From: Epithemia pelagica
Taxonomy: Eukaryota > Protista > Bacillariophyta
Reading direction: 5' to 3'
NCBI GenBank assembly: GCA_946965045.2
Contig: OX337230.1
Coordinates: 2,418,001 to 2,482,000, forward strand
DNA length: 64,000 nt
Shown here: in pieces, positions 1-11,112 of the stretch
Layout of the letters: every line of letters begins with the position of its first letter
How positions within the stretch are numbered: position 1 is the first letter of the stretch
Notes under the pieces: generated by a model
What the model was told of the DNA's origin: nothing
Seen by the model: only the letters and a program-made list of their open reading frames with translations
The model's database searches: none
Program-made: the position numbers and the translations under genes

Positions 1-1
1 C

Positions 2-178
2 ATCCCTGAAGACAATCAGAAGCCTTCGTCCCGTTTATCCACCCTGAGCGCCGCCTCCATACGTAGCCTCAAGAGTGCATCTTCCCGTGGAACTGCTGTA
101 GACAGCGATCTTTCGTTCGACTTTGCCGAGACTCAACAAGATGACGGTGAGTTCCTCTTCAACACCTATGGAAAATAA
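2..178 (+). CDS. 3' end of a CDS entering from the left edge (Ser-rich, product unknown)
   Basis: Frame starting at base 2 is open for 58 codons (IPEDNQKPSSRLSTLSAASIRS...EFLFNTYGK) and ends at TAA 176-178. There is no start codon in the window. Confidence 0.4.
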   Translation: MPEDNQKPSSRLSTLSAASIRSLKSASSRGTAVDSDLSFDFAETQQDDGEFLFNTYGK

Positions 179-257
179 ATGATAGTTAAGCCTGTCAAGT
201 ATAGTAATGACGATAAATATGGAAACATAAGCTTTAGAGTTGGATCATAGCGCGGCT

Positions 258-755
258 TCGTCCATTGGTCCAAAATCCTTGTGCTCCGTGGCACGACGAA
301 TGATTGTCCATGGATGATCGCCTCGATCATGAGGACCATGGCCCCTAAGCCGGATCTAAGACTTGTGTAACCTAACTTAGTCTCTATAGTAACGGGCAAA
401 AAAGTAGGACGTCCAGAGGGACCATTGTCGAATATTGGCATGGCATCGTCCATTGGTCCAAAATCCTTGTGCTCCGTGGCACGACAAATGATTGTCCATG
501 GATGATCGCCTCGATCATGAGGACCATGGCCCCTACGCCGGATCTGAGACTTGTATAACCTAACTTAATCTCTATAGTAACGGGCAAAAAAGTAGGACGT
601 CCGGAGGGACCATTGTCGAATATTGGCATGGCATCGTCCATTGGTCCAAAATCCTTGCGCTCCGTGGCACGACAAATGATTGTGTATGGATGATCGCCTC
701 GATCATGAGGACCATGGCCCCTACGCCGGATCTGAGACTTGTATAACCTAACTTA
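258..755. repeat. 188-bp tandem repeat, about 2.7 copies (satellite subfamily 1)
   Basis: TCCATTGGTCCAAAATCC recurs at 261, 449 and 637 (period 188). Units are nearly identical. The third unit is cut by the MITE at 756 and resumes at 1573. Confidence 0.95.
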
Positions 756-1572
756 GGCTATCTCCACCCGAGCGCCGCTATGCTGACGTATTGGGGCTTT
801 CTGATTGGCCTCGCTATCCGGATAGCGGATTAGCGGAGCCAAAGGGAAATAAACTCCACGATCTCCGTTAAAAGAACGCCGCTATCTCGCGCTGCGCGTA
901 CGCATTGCGCATATGCCCTCTCTTGTTTCGGTTAAAAATTAAAAAGGGGTGCGACCGCGGAAGTTGCGGAATTCAAACAAGACAATCAACGAGAGCACAA
1001 AGCATAAACCAAAGATGGAGGACTCGTTGTTCTCCCTCTTCATTGTTGACTGTCATGGTGAATCATGTTGTTGTTCATGGCCAATGTAGATGTAGGCTGT
1101 AGGTTGTAGGTTGCAGTCCAATCTTCCTATTCCCTGTCCGATTTCCGATTGATTGTCTGATAATTGATAATCGAACTCATCAATAGTTTGAATGATGCAT
1201 TTGTTTGATTGTTGCATTCCTTCCGATCCGTGATCCTCGAATCATCTTGCTGTGCATGTGCATGGTTCTTGTCCCATTGTAGGAAGTAGGGAACACAACA
1301 ATGGAAAAAGAGATGGTAAGCAATCGTCACAATCAATACGTGCCATTGCCATGTTTTCGACATGAGAGATTCAAAGTTTCACTGTTGGCAACAGATATTA
1401 ATTTATTTATGCCGACGGTTATATTTTGCTCCGCTATCCGCTATTTTCCCCGCTATTCGGGGCCCCCAATAGCGGCAAAAATAGCGGATAGTGGAGCTGG
1501 TTAGCGGTTAGAGGAGATGGTGGAGTTCGATAGCGGTTTTGGGGCCTTTAGCGGGCCCGGGTGGAGATAGCC
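756..1572. mobile_element. Non-autonomous PIF/Harbinger-type (Tourist-like) MITE, 817 bp
   Basis: Perfect 15-bp TIRs GGCTATCTCCACCCG (756-770) and CGGGTGGAGATAGCC (1558-1572). TTA TSD at 753-755 and 1573-1575. Removing the element restores the satellite unit AACTTAGTCTCTATAG. Many subterminal CCGCTA/TAGCGG motifs; no transposase. Confidence 0.88.
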
Positions 1573-2030
1573 TTAGTCTCTATAGTAACGGGCAAAAAAG
1601 TAGGACGTCTGGAGCGGCCATATCCATGGAGCCGGGTCTCGTCATCCTTTGGTCGAAAACTTGTGTTGTGTGTGATGCGTCGATAAGAAGCGTCCATCGA
1701 TGGATGGCCTTTTCTCAATGGCCATATCACCGATGATCGATCTGATACCTCAGATCGCTAAAGTAGAGCCTAACATAAAAGACTACTAAGTAGGACGTCT
1801 GGAGCGGCCATATCCATGGAGCCGGGTCTCGTCATCCTTTGGTCGAAAACTCGTGTTGTGTGTGATGCGTCGAAAAGAAGCGTCCATCGATGGATGGCCT
1901 TTTCTCAATGGCCATATCACCGATGATCGATCTGATACCTCAGATCGCTAAAGTAGAGCCTAACATAAAAGACTACTAAGTAGGACGTCTGGAGCGGCCG
2001 TATTCATGGAGCTGACTTCGACGAATGAGT
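1573..2030. repeat. 190-bp tandem repeat, about 2.2 copies (satellite subfamily 2, diverged relative of subfamily 1)
   Basis: TAGGACGTCTGGAGCGGCC at 1601, 1791 and 1981 (period 190). Shares blocks with the 188-bp unit (AAGTAGGACGTC-GGAG, TTGGTC-AAAA, GTCCAT, GATCTGA-AC). Confidence 0.9.
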
Positions 2031-2621
2031 AGGCTAATCTCATGTGGTCCGTGCCACGTCGAAAAATCGACGCAATGGTGTGGAAGCTCGTTTGCATCCT
2101 ATGCTTGGGGATAGCCTATATGGGTCAATAGTGTTCTCATTTACACTAAGGTCGATAACATATTTTAACTTCATGGCAATTGGTCAAGTATTGGTGGAGA
2201 AACCGCATGGTGAATGTACCGGCCAACGGGCAATCTAGCGGCCAAATCGCAAAAAAAAAAATGACCCTACAATGATGAGAGAGAACTCGATGACGATGGC
2301 AGATATGGAAAAAGTGCCCGGTGGGGACCTAAAGCATTGTATGAAGATGATTTCTATCATCCCATTTCTATGGAGGTGCTATATTGAGCTAGTAATCGTT
2401 AAAGACCACCATGGTCATTTGGCCGCTAAAATGCAGGGTCTGGCCATATCACCCGTGAAGGCACTAGAATTTCGGTGCGGGGTGCGGGGGTGGCAAAGGG
2501 TCTAATTCTAATTTCAAAATTTTCTGTGAGGTGTTTTATTTCTGTGAGCCACCCCCCAAAATACTGTTAACCCTAGCCCTAACTCCTGTCCTCCCGCCGA
2601 CATATTTTTCATTTTAAAAAA

Positions 2622-4523
2622 ATGACAATGAGAGATGAGAGAGCGTCGAACGATCGAGTTTTGTCCTTGACATCATCCTCTTCTTTCTCATCGTCCTTGG
2701 TGCAGCATAGAAGACCGCACAATGATGGTGGTTCGAGAAAGAGAGTGGATTCGTCGGTACGATTCACTTCCGAACCAAAGAACAACAAGCCACTGAGGGA
2801 TGGGTTCCACACGACAAAGACGACGACCAACACCAAAAAGAATCCAAGACCAAGGGGACGTAGATGGCGAATGGGACATGTATTCTTTGTGACCCTTTTA
2901 TTTGTCGTGGGTGGTGTTTTCTTGATTGTCTCGTGGTCTCTGGATCTGAAACAACCAGAACCACCTCGTCCTCCCGAGTCGGTCAAGGATATGGTGGACC
3001 GAATGATTCGTTTGTCGTCGTCGTCCTCCACCTCGTCCTTCCCTTCGAACCATGAAGAACCACGATCCGCCAACAAAAACAACAATGCATCCTGTGCTCT
3101 CTTATTTTATGGCTTGCCTCGCGCCTTTCGACGCATTGTCTTGCCCTCCATTGTTCGAAATATTCTCCTCCCCAACGCACGCTACCAGTGTGATGTCTAT
3201 GTGTATTTCCACGCCTTGACGCACGAAGACAGTGGTCGATCGGGACAGGGTGGATGTCTGGACCTCAATGCCGTTTATAGATTGCGATCGGCCGTTTCGT
3301 ACGTCATGGCACACCACCACCAACAATCTCCACCACCCAAGGGCGATCCATGGCCTCCCTCCAACAAGGACCAGAACATCACCGCGCCTCCCTCCACGCC
3401 ACGAGTGGTGATTGCGAACTTTACCAATGCGGACTTTGCCCAACAACAAGCAGCCGTCTTGCACAAGATACGGTCTACAGTAGACCCCACCACCAATTTG
3501 AGTCGCTATGTGCCTTGGATGGCTGGATTTACCTTGGAGACGGTGGACAATGTGATTCGCATGTACCATGCCATTCAAGGAGTTTGGGAGTTGATGATAA
3601 AAAGCACCAATCCCATCACCACAACAACGCCAGTAACATCGACAGACCAAGAACCACGACAAGGACGGGCGAGGACAAGGACACAGAAGCCCTACGATCG
3701 TGTAGCCATTTTTCGTATTGATGTCTTTTATGCGACACCTATTGATATTTTTCACTATGTCAACCTGTCTTTGCCAACTCATGAAACCACATCAACAACA
3801 CAACAATACGTGCAAGAGGAGCACCTCATGACAGTGGCTCCAGACTCCAATGCGACAACACCAGCAGTGACAAGGAAACGAATGTATGATGCGGACAATC
3901 GCGTGGCCGTGGTACCGGGCTTTGCTCGATATCCGGTGAATGATCGAATGATGTATGGACCCTACGAGGCGATGGAAATATATGCCAGTCGTCGATTTGA
4001 CTTATTGGATCGATTTGTCCAGGAACATGGGCAAGGATTGCATCCCGAAACCTTTTTGGCCCAAGTCATTTTCCCCGAAATTCGTCGTCGCACGGTATCC
4101 TTAAGAGCAGACGTGTTAGTATCCAGTGGAGGGCCTCAAACCGTTTCTTCTTCTATATCTGAGAAAAACCATCACCAGAATGTCACTGACACAGCCTCTT
4201 CTCTTGGGCCACAAGAAGGAGCGAGTACTTTTATCGTTCATGAAGACGCGAGTATTTGTTTTGTTCGAGCACGTGCTGATGAGTCTGTATGGATCAACGA
4301 TTGCAAACTCGGAGAACCGTTACCGGGACTGCCTCGTCAAGTAGGCCACAACATTGTGCTAGAAACTTTGGATCACATGAAACAAACCCTGGGGGCGAGC
4401 CATTGTACCAGAAAAAAATTCAAAATACGTCTTTCGTCCAATATAACTTTCGGTGGTGTTGTTCGGGCAACCTGCCAAACCAACGATAAGACAAGTGTAG
4501 TGTCCTCCTGTTCTCCTCCTTGA
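2622..4523 (+). CDS. Uncharacterised type II membrane protein (633 aa), possibly glycosyltransferase-like
   Basis: Long single ORF with one N-terminal TM helix (HVFFVTLLFVVGGVFLIVSWSL) after a basic cytosolic tail. The putative lumenal domain has motifs CALLFYGLPRAF, CDVYVYFH, RIDVFY and PVNDRMMYG. Function is inference only. Confidence 0.75.
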   Translation: MTMRDERASNDRVLSLTSSSSFSSSLVQHRRPHNDGGSRKRVDSSVRFTSEPKNNKPLRDGFHTTKTTTNTKKNPRPRGRRWRMGHVFFVTLLFVVGGVFLIVSWSLDLKQPEPPRPPESVKDMVDRMIRLSSSSSTSSFPSNHEEPRSANKNNNASCALLFYGLPRAFRRIVLPSIVRNILLPNARYQCDVYVYFHALTHEDSGRSGQGGCLDLNAVYRLRSAVSYVMAHHHQQSPPPKGDPWPPSNKDQNITAPPSTPRVVIANFTNADFAQQQAAVLHKIRSTVDPTTNLSRYVPWMAGFTLETVDNVIRMYHAIQGVWELMIKSTNPITTTTPVTSTDQEPRQGRARTRTQKPYDRVAIFRIDVFYATPIDIFHYVNLSLPTHETTSTTQQYVQEEHLMTVAPDSNATTPAVTRKRMYDADNRVAVVPGFARYPVNDRMMYGPYEAMEIYASRRFDLLDRFVQEHGQGLHPETFLAQVIFPEIRRRTVSLRADVLVSSGGPQTVSSSISEKNHHQNVTDTASSLGPQEGASTFIVHEDASICFVRARADESVWINDCKLGEPLPGLPRQVGHNIVLETLDHMKQTLGASHCTRKKFKIRLSSNITFGGVVRATCQTNDKTSVVSSCSPP

Positions 4524-4998
4524 CGAGTACTACACTGAACGAGTAAGCGCGCTGTCTCTGCAACTCGCTGGTACACCTTGTTCAAGAATGAATGATATCT
4601 TGCCTGCTCTGCACCACCTAAGGGCGTTCTTCCAGAGTGAGTGGACAAGTTTGAAGCAAAACTTGGAATTCTATGGCGTAGATGTTACACCCCTGTGCCG
4701 GAATCATTCGGAAGGCAGCAGCGTACTGCTCCCCCTGACATAATAACAACAAGCATTCTCCATGACATTGCGTGATGTCTAATGCACAATAGTTGGTCTA
4801 GCGTGTTTATACTACTGCTTACTAATGGTCATACAACAGCTTCTTTCTGCCTCTTTATTTCGCTATGGCCACAATGAGGGTCATGGCGCAATCTAGGAAA
4901 AGGGTGGTGCCATGTCGTCGTGGTGGATAGCAACCAATGGACAAGGCTGTCTGTAAGATAAAAGAAAATATGTACAGCATCAGGATCCTCAAGAAACC

Positions 4999-6608
4999 TC
5001 ATTGAGCTCGCTCAAGGATCCAGTTCATACAGTCTTGAAATACAACGTCGGCATTCTCATCCGGTTCTCCAAACAAGGAATGCCACATGCCTGGATACAA
5101 TTCGATACTCTTATCGGTGGATATGGATTCGTCATACAAGGCTTGCGAGAGCTGCGGATCCGTGACGGTATCGTCCAGTCCGTGCACTACCAAAAATGGA
5201 GCATCAAACTTGGACAGATTTGCCGAAATATGTTGCGACACGGCAATCAACTCACGAGCCGTGGCCAATCGCGGATTGCGACCAAAACACAAAGGCACTC
5301 GACTCGCCAACAAGAGCTTGGCTTCATCCTTGTGCGTCACCATGCGACCACTGGCCGGTGCAATGGGCAAGTAGCCCAACCACGATGTATTGTCATCGCC
5401 TGATGGCCCAATCAGCCATCGCAGTACATCAATCACCGGTTGTGGGGGAAGCATGTGATCACTAATTTTGCACATGGGACACAAGAACACAACGCCACGA
5501 ACCAAGTACGGAATCTTTTGATACAAGGAGTAGGCCACGGCGCCTCCCATAGATTCACCCATAACAAAGAGTGGTTGGTCGGGGAATCGGTCGTGTACAA
5601 TTTGTGCATATTCGGCAACATCATTCACAAGTTGATTGAAATCCGAAATCAGGCCCATTGGACCATCCGATAATCCGTGTCCTTCATATTCAATCGTACA
5701 GACGGCAAAACCCTGCATTACGAATCTTTGCATTTGAATCACTTTTTCAAAGGATACATTGTCCGTGTATCCGTGACAAAAGAACACCACAGCTTTGATT
5801 GGACCAGATTTTGGTTTCATAGTTATGGTATGTAACAGCATTCCTCTATATACGACGGTTCACACATGAGCAGAAAGATGTGAGTCGATACTATCAGTGC
5901 CATGGAACTCGTTCTTGAAGTTTTTCAGTCAAAACTCAAGGGGTGTGCTTACCGTTGGTTGGTCCAGTATGAGTCTTCTAGATCGACTCTATCCTGAAGG
6001 GAGCGATAACAATGTGGCAAGTCATCTTGTCGAAGAAACTCTGCAAACAGTTTCCTCCTTGTGGTAGGACAATCGTTGGTTCGGAACGAATATGGTATTA
6101 ACTTGGAAACCACATAGGCCACCAGCAAAATCAGGGGAGGCCATACAACAGACAAGACAAACAAGAAAAATCCAGCCACGAGGACGGTATTTTGTTCTAG
6201 CACCGGATTCGGTCGGTACGGTCTTCTCCATTCGCCATTGCTTATAGATGCAGCTTGACTTATGGTCGTTGTTGTTGTTGCCGTGACGGTTGTGCAGCGT
6301 ATTATTGGCTCCCATCCTTCATCTTCCGAGGCTTCCGAAGAATCATCGAACGAAAGTAGGGAGGTTTTCGCTGTTTCATCGGACCTCTTGATTACCACTC
6401 GCGAAGGAGGAACATCCACTGCACCATCCATAGATGTTTCGTCTGTTGTGGTTGTGTCTTGTCTGGGCAACATGGTGTTTTCTTCGATGAGATTCGTGTT
6501 TTCCTTTTTTTGTGCGACGATTGATGGCTTCTGTTCGGTCTCGCTCTCGCGTGTTCGGTGCAAACTAAGAGAGTCGCGCCACGTCTCAGCGTGTAACACA
6601 AGATTCAT
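4999..6608 (-). CDS. Alpha/beta hydrolase, monoacylglycerol lipase / lysophospholipase family, with N-terminal TM extension (2 exons, about 500 aa)
   Basis: Exons 6608-5953 and 5845-4999; GTAAG...TATAG intron 5952-5846 joins in frame (NQR-GML). Motifs FFCHGY, GESMGG nucleophile elbow, HGLDD and GMWH match a Ser-Asp-His triad. Confidence 0.9.
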
Positions 6609-7060
6609 GTTACAGTTCGAGAGAAAACAAAACTGATGCTACAGATGGGAATTGCCTTTTTTGTCGCCTGGATGACGAAGACACACAAAAAACAACGCAA
6701 AAGCAGCAAACCATTCCATCCACGCACCTCAACTCGACACACCTCGTTGCAACCACTGCAGTCACCATCCCCCACGACCCAGCGGAGAATGTTTCATGTC
6801 TCTGGAGTCCTGCTTGGCGATTGTGGAATGAGCGCTGGGGATAGTTTTTCACTCGCAAGAAGGGAATCGGAAGCGAACGCCATGCGCCATATGCGAGATG
6901 CGAGGTGCGAGTGGGCGTGATTTTGCGAATTCGAGATCCAGAAGCACGAGACAAAAAATGATACAATAGCGTCCTGTCCATAGTATGGTTAGCGCAAACT
7001 ATGACCATAATCACTCCTCCTAGGACAAGAACACATGGTTGAAATGAGGGCCCCGCCTCT

Positions 7061-7429
7061 AATAGATCACTCACTCTTCGTCTTATCTCGACCAAGAACA
7101 TGGACAGAAGCGGCTTGAAGATTGAAAGTTGCATAATATATTTCACTCGCCATGGCCTACCGAACTGCCGTGACCCGTGACATATCATTGGGAGAGAGTC
7201 AAGATAGCAGCAGATCGATACAAACCCCTCAGGTTTGCCATACTACTCCAGCGATGAGGTTGTTTCAAATCATTATCGCAATAGATCACTCTTCGTCTTA
7301 TCTCGACCAGGAAAATGGACAGAAGCGGTGGGAAGATTAAAGGTTGCATAGGAGTAATATATTTCGCTCGCCATGGTCTACCGAGCTGCCGTGACCCCGT
7401 GACATATCATTGGGTGAGAGTCATGATAG
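7061..7429. repeat. Two diverged direct repeats of about 150 bp (7061-7207 and 7280-7429)
   Basis: Shared ATAGATCACTC...TTCGTCTTATCTCGACCA...GGACAGAAGCGG...CGCCATGG...GTGACATATCATTGGG, with indels between the copies. Confidence 0.85.
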
Positions 7430-9244
7430 GCGCACCGGCGATCCAACAAGGCTCCAAACTCCATCTACTCATGACGAGTGCATGCCGATATTGGCCGCGG
7501 AGTCATATTGTAGATAAGCTCTACCTAGTAGCGGTAGAAAGACACTTTCGAACAATCAGAGAATTCACAAGTCTACGGCGGGATCCATCCTCATTGATAG
7601 CTGATCGTTTCCACTCAAGAGCGAAAGTGTATGATAGAGATGATAGTCCTACGAGTATTAGGTGTGCTTACCCACCGTCAAACAAAGTGTTCCGCCCCCA
7701 CTTCTCTTCTTATTTTGCCAATTGAATCTGGGGGAATCATATGGAGGGGTGAGCAGCACGCCATGCAAGGTTCGCCGGATGGGTGCATTTTCACAAATTC
7801 GAGTTGTCAGAATTTCAGTGCAGAATTCCGTTTGTTTGGGGAAAATTGAGAAAGTACGCAATGATACATCTGATACACGGATGCGATTCGAGTCGCCTGT
7901 GAGAAAAAAATGAAAGTGCGGCACCTGCACGAGAATTCGCAGGGCAGCAGGCCACACACTGCGGCGGAAAGACACCACCACCGTGCGCGCTGCAGCGGTG
8001 GGCCCACGTACGTAGGCGTCAACATTCGTCGCGACCAAGTACACAATAGGTATATAGTGGGATTCGCTTGCAGTAATTTCAGATTTGTGTGTTCTCTTCT
8101 TCGTCGTGTTGTCACATCATTTTTCTGCGACTGAAGGTTTCCCGAATGCTCGTGGGACACATGCTCGTCCTTCGTGTTGTTCTTGTTCCCACCCATCACA
8201 AATCCATCTCTCGAAATCAAACACTCAAAACCATCGCATCCAAAACAACAATCCCTTTGTCCAAGACGAAGTGAACATTGAGAGTGATTCGATCGCAAGA
8301 GGAGATCCCCTCTGCAACAAATTAGTTTATCACTAAGTAAGTTTTGGCAGAATGCCTTGTTCCAACCTGCCTTTGCGGCATCGACGGAAAGATCCGATTC
8401 GTCCACGGTTTCAGATGTTCTTCCGAGTAAACGAAGGACGACACAATGCTTCTCGCACCCCAACCTGATGCTACCGTTCCATTAGCAACGTTGGTGACAA
8501 CTGTTTCTGGAACGGGAGCAATGGCCAAGACGAGAAGGATGGACCATGGGACATTGCCAGCTGATGCCAAACCACCCGACATGGACATGGCGGCGCGAAC
8601 CGGTTGTCTACGACGGATGGTCGGACGGACGAGATTCGATCGTTGCTCCGATTCTGTGATTGGATTCGCAACGCGACCACCACACAAATCTGGAACGCCG
8701 AATATTCCCCAGTTCGGATTTTGCAGATCTTGGCCAACCACGTTAGTTTATGCGGTGACAGCGGTACACATCACTGATTTTTCGCACGAAATTTGGGAGC
8801 GAACGCAGCGGGGAGAGAAAACACCTTCTCTCGTTTCGTTGAACCACAAGAATCGAATCGGATACACACCACAAATTGTTGTGCCTCTCAAACTTCTGAT
8901 CCCCAATTCAGCAAACACTCTAACCTTTCGGTGTCACTCCTCCCTTCTTGTACAGAGAGTTGTGGTTGAACTATTGTCGGACAACTTCGGTTCATATCCG
9001 TAGTCTTTGTCCTGTCTCTTGCATATCAGAATAATACCTGGAACTTATCACAGTGAGCAGTGACCACTGGTTAGATTGAGCCATCACGGGGAACAACATG
9101 CCTATTTCAGCTTAAGTGTTTGCCCAACGCGGCTTTCTTACTGCTGTTCTGTACATCAGGGCAGGTACTTTTTCCAAAAAGGCGGAATATTTACACAATT
9201 CTCAATAATCTACACACTCCAAAGTCTGCAAACACGAACGAAGT

Positions 9245-10483
9245 ATGGAAACACCTCGCGAAGTAAACACTGAAGGATTGGCCGTGGTGCACGTTCTTGC
9301 CACTGTTTTGGACCGATTATGTGTTGCAAATGTAGCAATGGCACAGGCTGACCCTGGGCAAGTGACAAAATTTCACGCCATGAAGGCTCCCGGAATCGGC
9401 ATTCTGCAATACCTCGAAAGGTTCGTATGACTGATTCGTTCGTTCCCCATTTCATGCCCTATGCACGTCTCTCACCGGATGTTATGAATGTGACTGCTCA
9501 GAATACACAAATATGCATCTTGTTCCAGTGAATGTTTTATTCTTGCCCTGATCTACGTTGACCGGTTGATTCAGAGAAACAATTTTCTTTTGACTGAATT
9601 GAATGTCCATCGGGTTGTGATTACTGCGATTCTTTTGGCAGCTAAATTCTTTGATGATGCTTACTACAATAATGCTTACTACGCGAAAGTGGGTGGTGTT
9701 TTGGTATCGGAAATGAATGGCCTGGAAGTGGATTTCTTGTTTCGAATAAATTTCTCCTTGCATGTGACACCGGAAGTGTTTGAGAAGTACCGAGCGGAAC
9801 TTTTATCTCAAGCGGCTTCCTGTGCTGTGGTCCCACAAATTCCGGCGCCTGTACAAACCATGCCTTGTACTCCTACTTCCATTACACCATCCCCTCCAAG
9901 TGAACCGGTTGTTTCTCCCGCTGTGGTCTACAGTCCACAAAATCTTGTGTGCAACCCACAGGCTCCCAATTTCACGGCAGCGACACTGGAGCAACAAAAG
10001 TCAATGGAGACGGACGCAATGGACATTCCGTATGGAACGTCTCAGTCTTGCTCTCAGATAAAGCCCTCTTCTGGTCCATCTCAAATGACATATGTCCCAC
10101 AACCCGCTGGAAAGGGGCCTGTTTGTGCGTCCGATGGTTCTACTTTTCCCATGCACTTTTCGGATGCTTTTACGCAAGTACAAAGCTCTCAGTCGTGTCC
10201 AACAACAGATGGTGGAATCTACTCGCACTGTGGCGTTACGACTGCTCCTACGACAACCGAGGCTCCTTCCTCCGCCCCTGTCATTATTACTCCTGGAATG
10301 GGTATGCACTATCCAATGGCGGCCAATCATCATGCAGCAGCTACCATGGCGGCTATGCTGGAACATCAATTATTTCCGATTCAAAATGCTCTGGTACACC
10401 ACAACCACCAGCAAGGTTATCCCATACAACCCAACCCCGATTCCAGAGGTGCTATGCTAGCAGCGGCTGCAGGAGCCCAATAA
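9245..10483 (+). CDS. P/U-type (PHO80-like) cyclin, 2 exons, 385 aa
   Basis: Exons 9245-9420 and 9502-10483 (GT-AG intron 9421-9501). Cyclin box [39 protein letters not shown]...[32 protein letters not shown], followed by a P/S/T/Q-rich tail. Confidence 0.93.
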
Positions 10484-11112
10484 CCCAAGTGCCAAAGCCG
10501 TGTACGCTGCATTGGCCATTTTGTATTTGGGCTCTTTGCCGTACCCTAGAAACATATAAACTGTAAATCATTCTATTGTGCTATTACTCATATATGTCAT
10601 TGGAAATTGGAACATCACCTCTAACGATTCTCCTTGTCTTGCCCATCCCGAAAGGAAGGGAGTGTATTTGCATTCATTCAACGCATTTGTTCTCCTCCCC
10701 CAGAACCTTGACGATGTAATCGTCACCACCATTCGTGTTGTGTTCAGTTGCAATTGCATCGATCGGCCACACAGAACGCAGCCACCACAAGCCACAAACT
10801 GCAGCTGACGTAGTGGGAGGAAGTTTTGTGGCAATTTGCATTTGTATTTGATCTCCGGGTCCGCTCTCCGGATTTTTCGGGGAGAGAGAAAACAGTTCGT
10901 GACTGACATTGTCCAGCATGACTCCATGGGTTCCTGGAAAAGAAGGGGGTTACCGACAATCTTCAGGGGGGGGGATGTGAATTTATTGATCAACCACCAT
11001 GAACCCACCTAGAGAGTCTTGTCTTTTTTTATTTGTCTTTTTTTATTTTTCAGATCTATAGCACGCAAGGAATCAAGTATTCTCTCTAATGTAATAGCGA
11101 GATATCCATATC

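Noticed and set aside
258-2030. CRISPR-like array
   Set aside because: The whole 188/190-bp unit is repeated with no unique spacers, the context is eukaryotic, and there are no cas genes. The ORFs 166-453, 384-641 and 1539-1736 are by-products of the repeat.
2566-2585. Telomere-like or piggyBac-like TTAACCCTAGCCCTAAC
   Set aside because: Only two imperfect units and no matching partner end was found in the window.
7658-9003. Overlapping ORFs of 128-218 aa on both strands
   Set aside because: No recognisable motif, no consistent splice model and mutually overlapping frames; cannot be supported as a gene.
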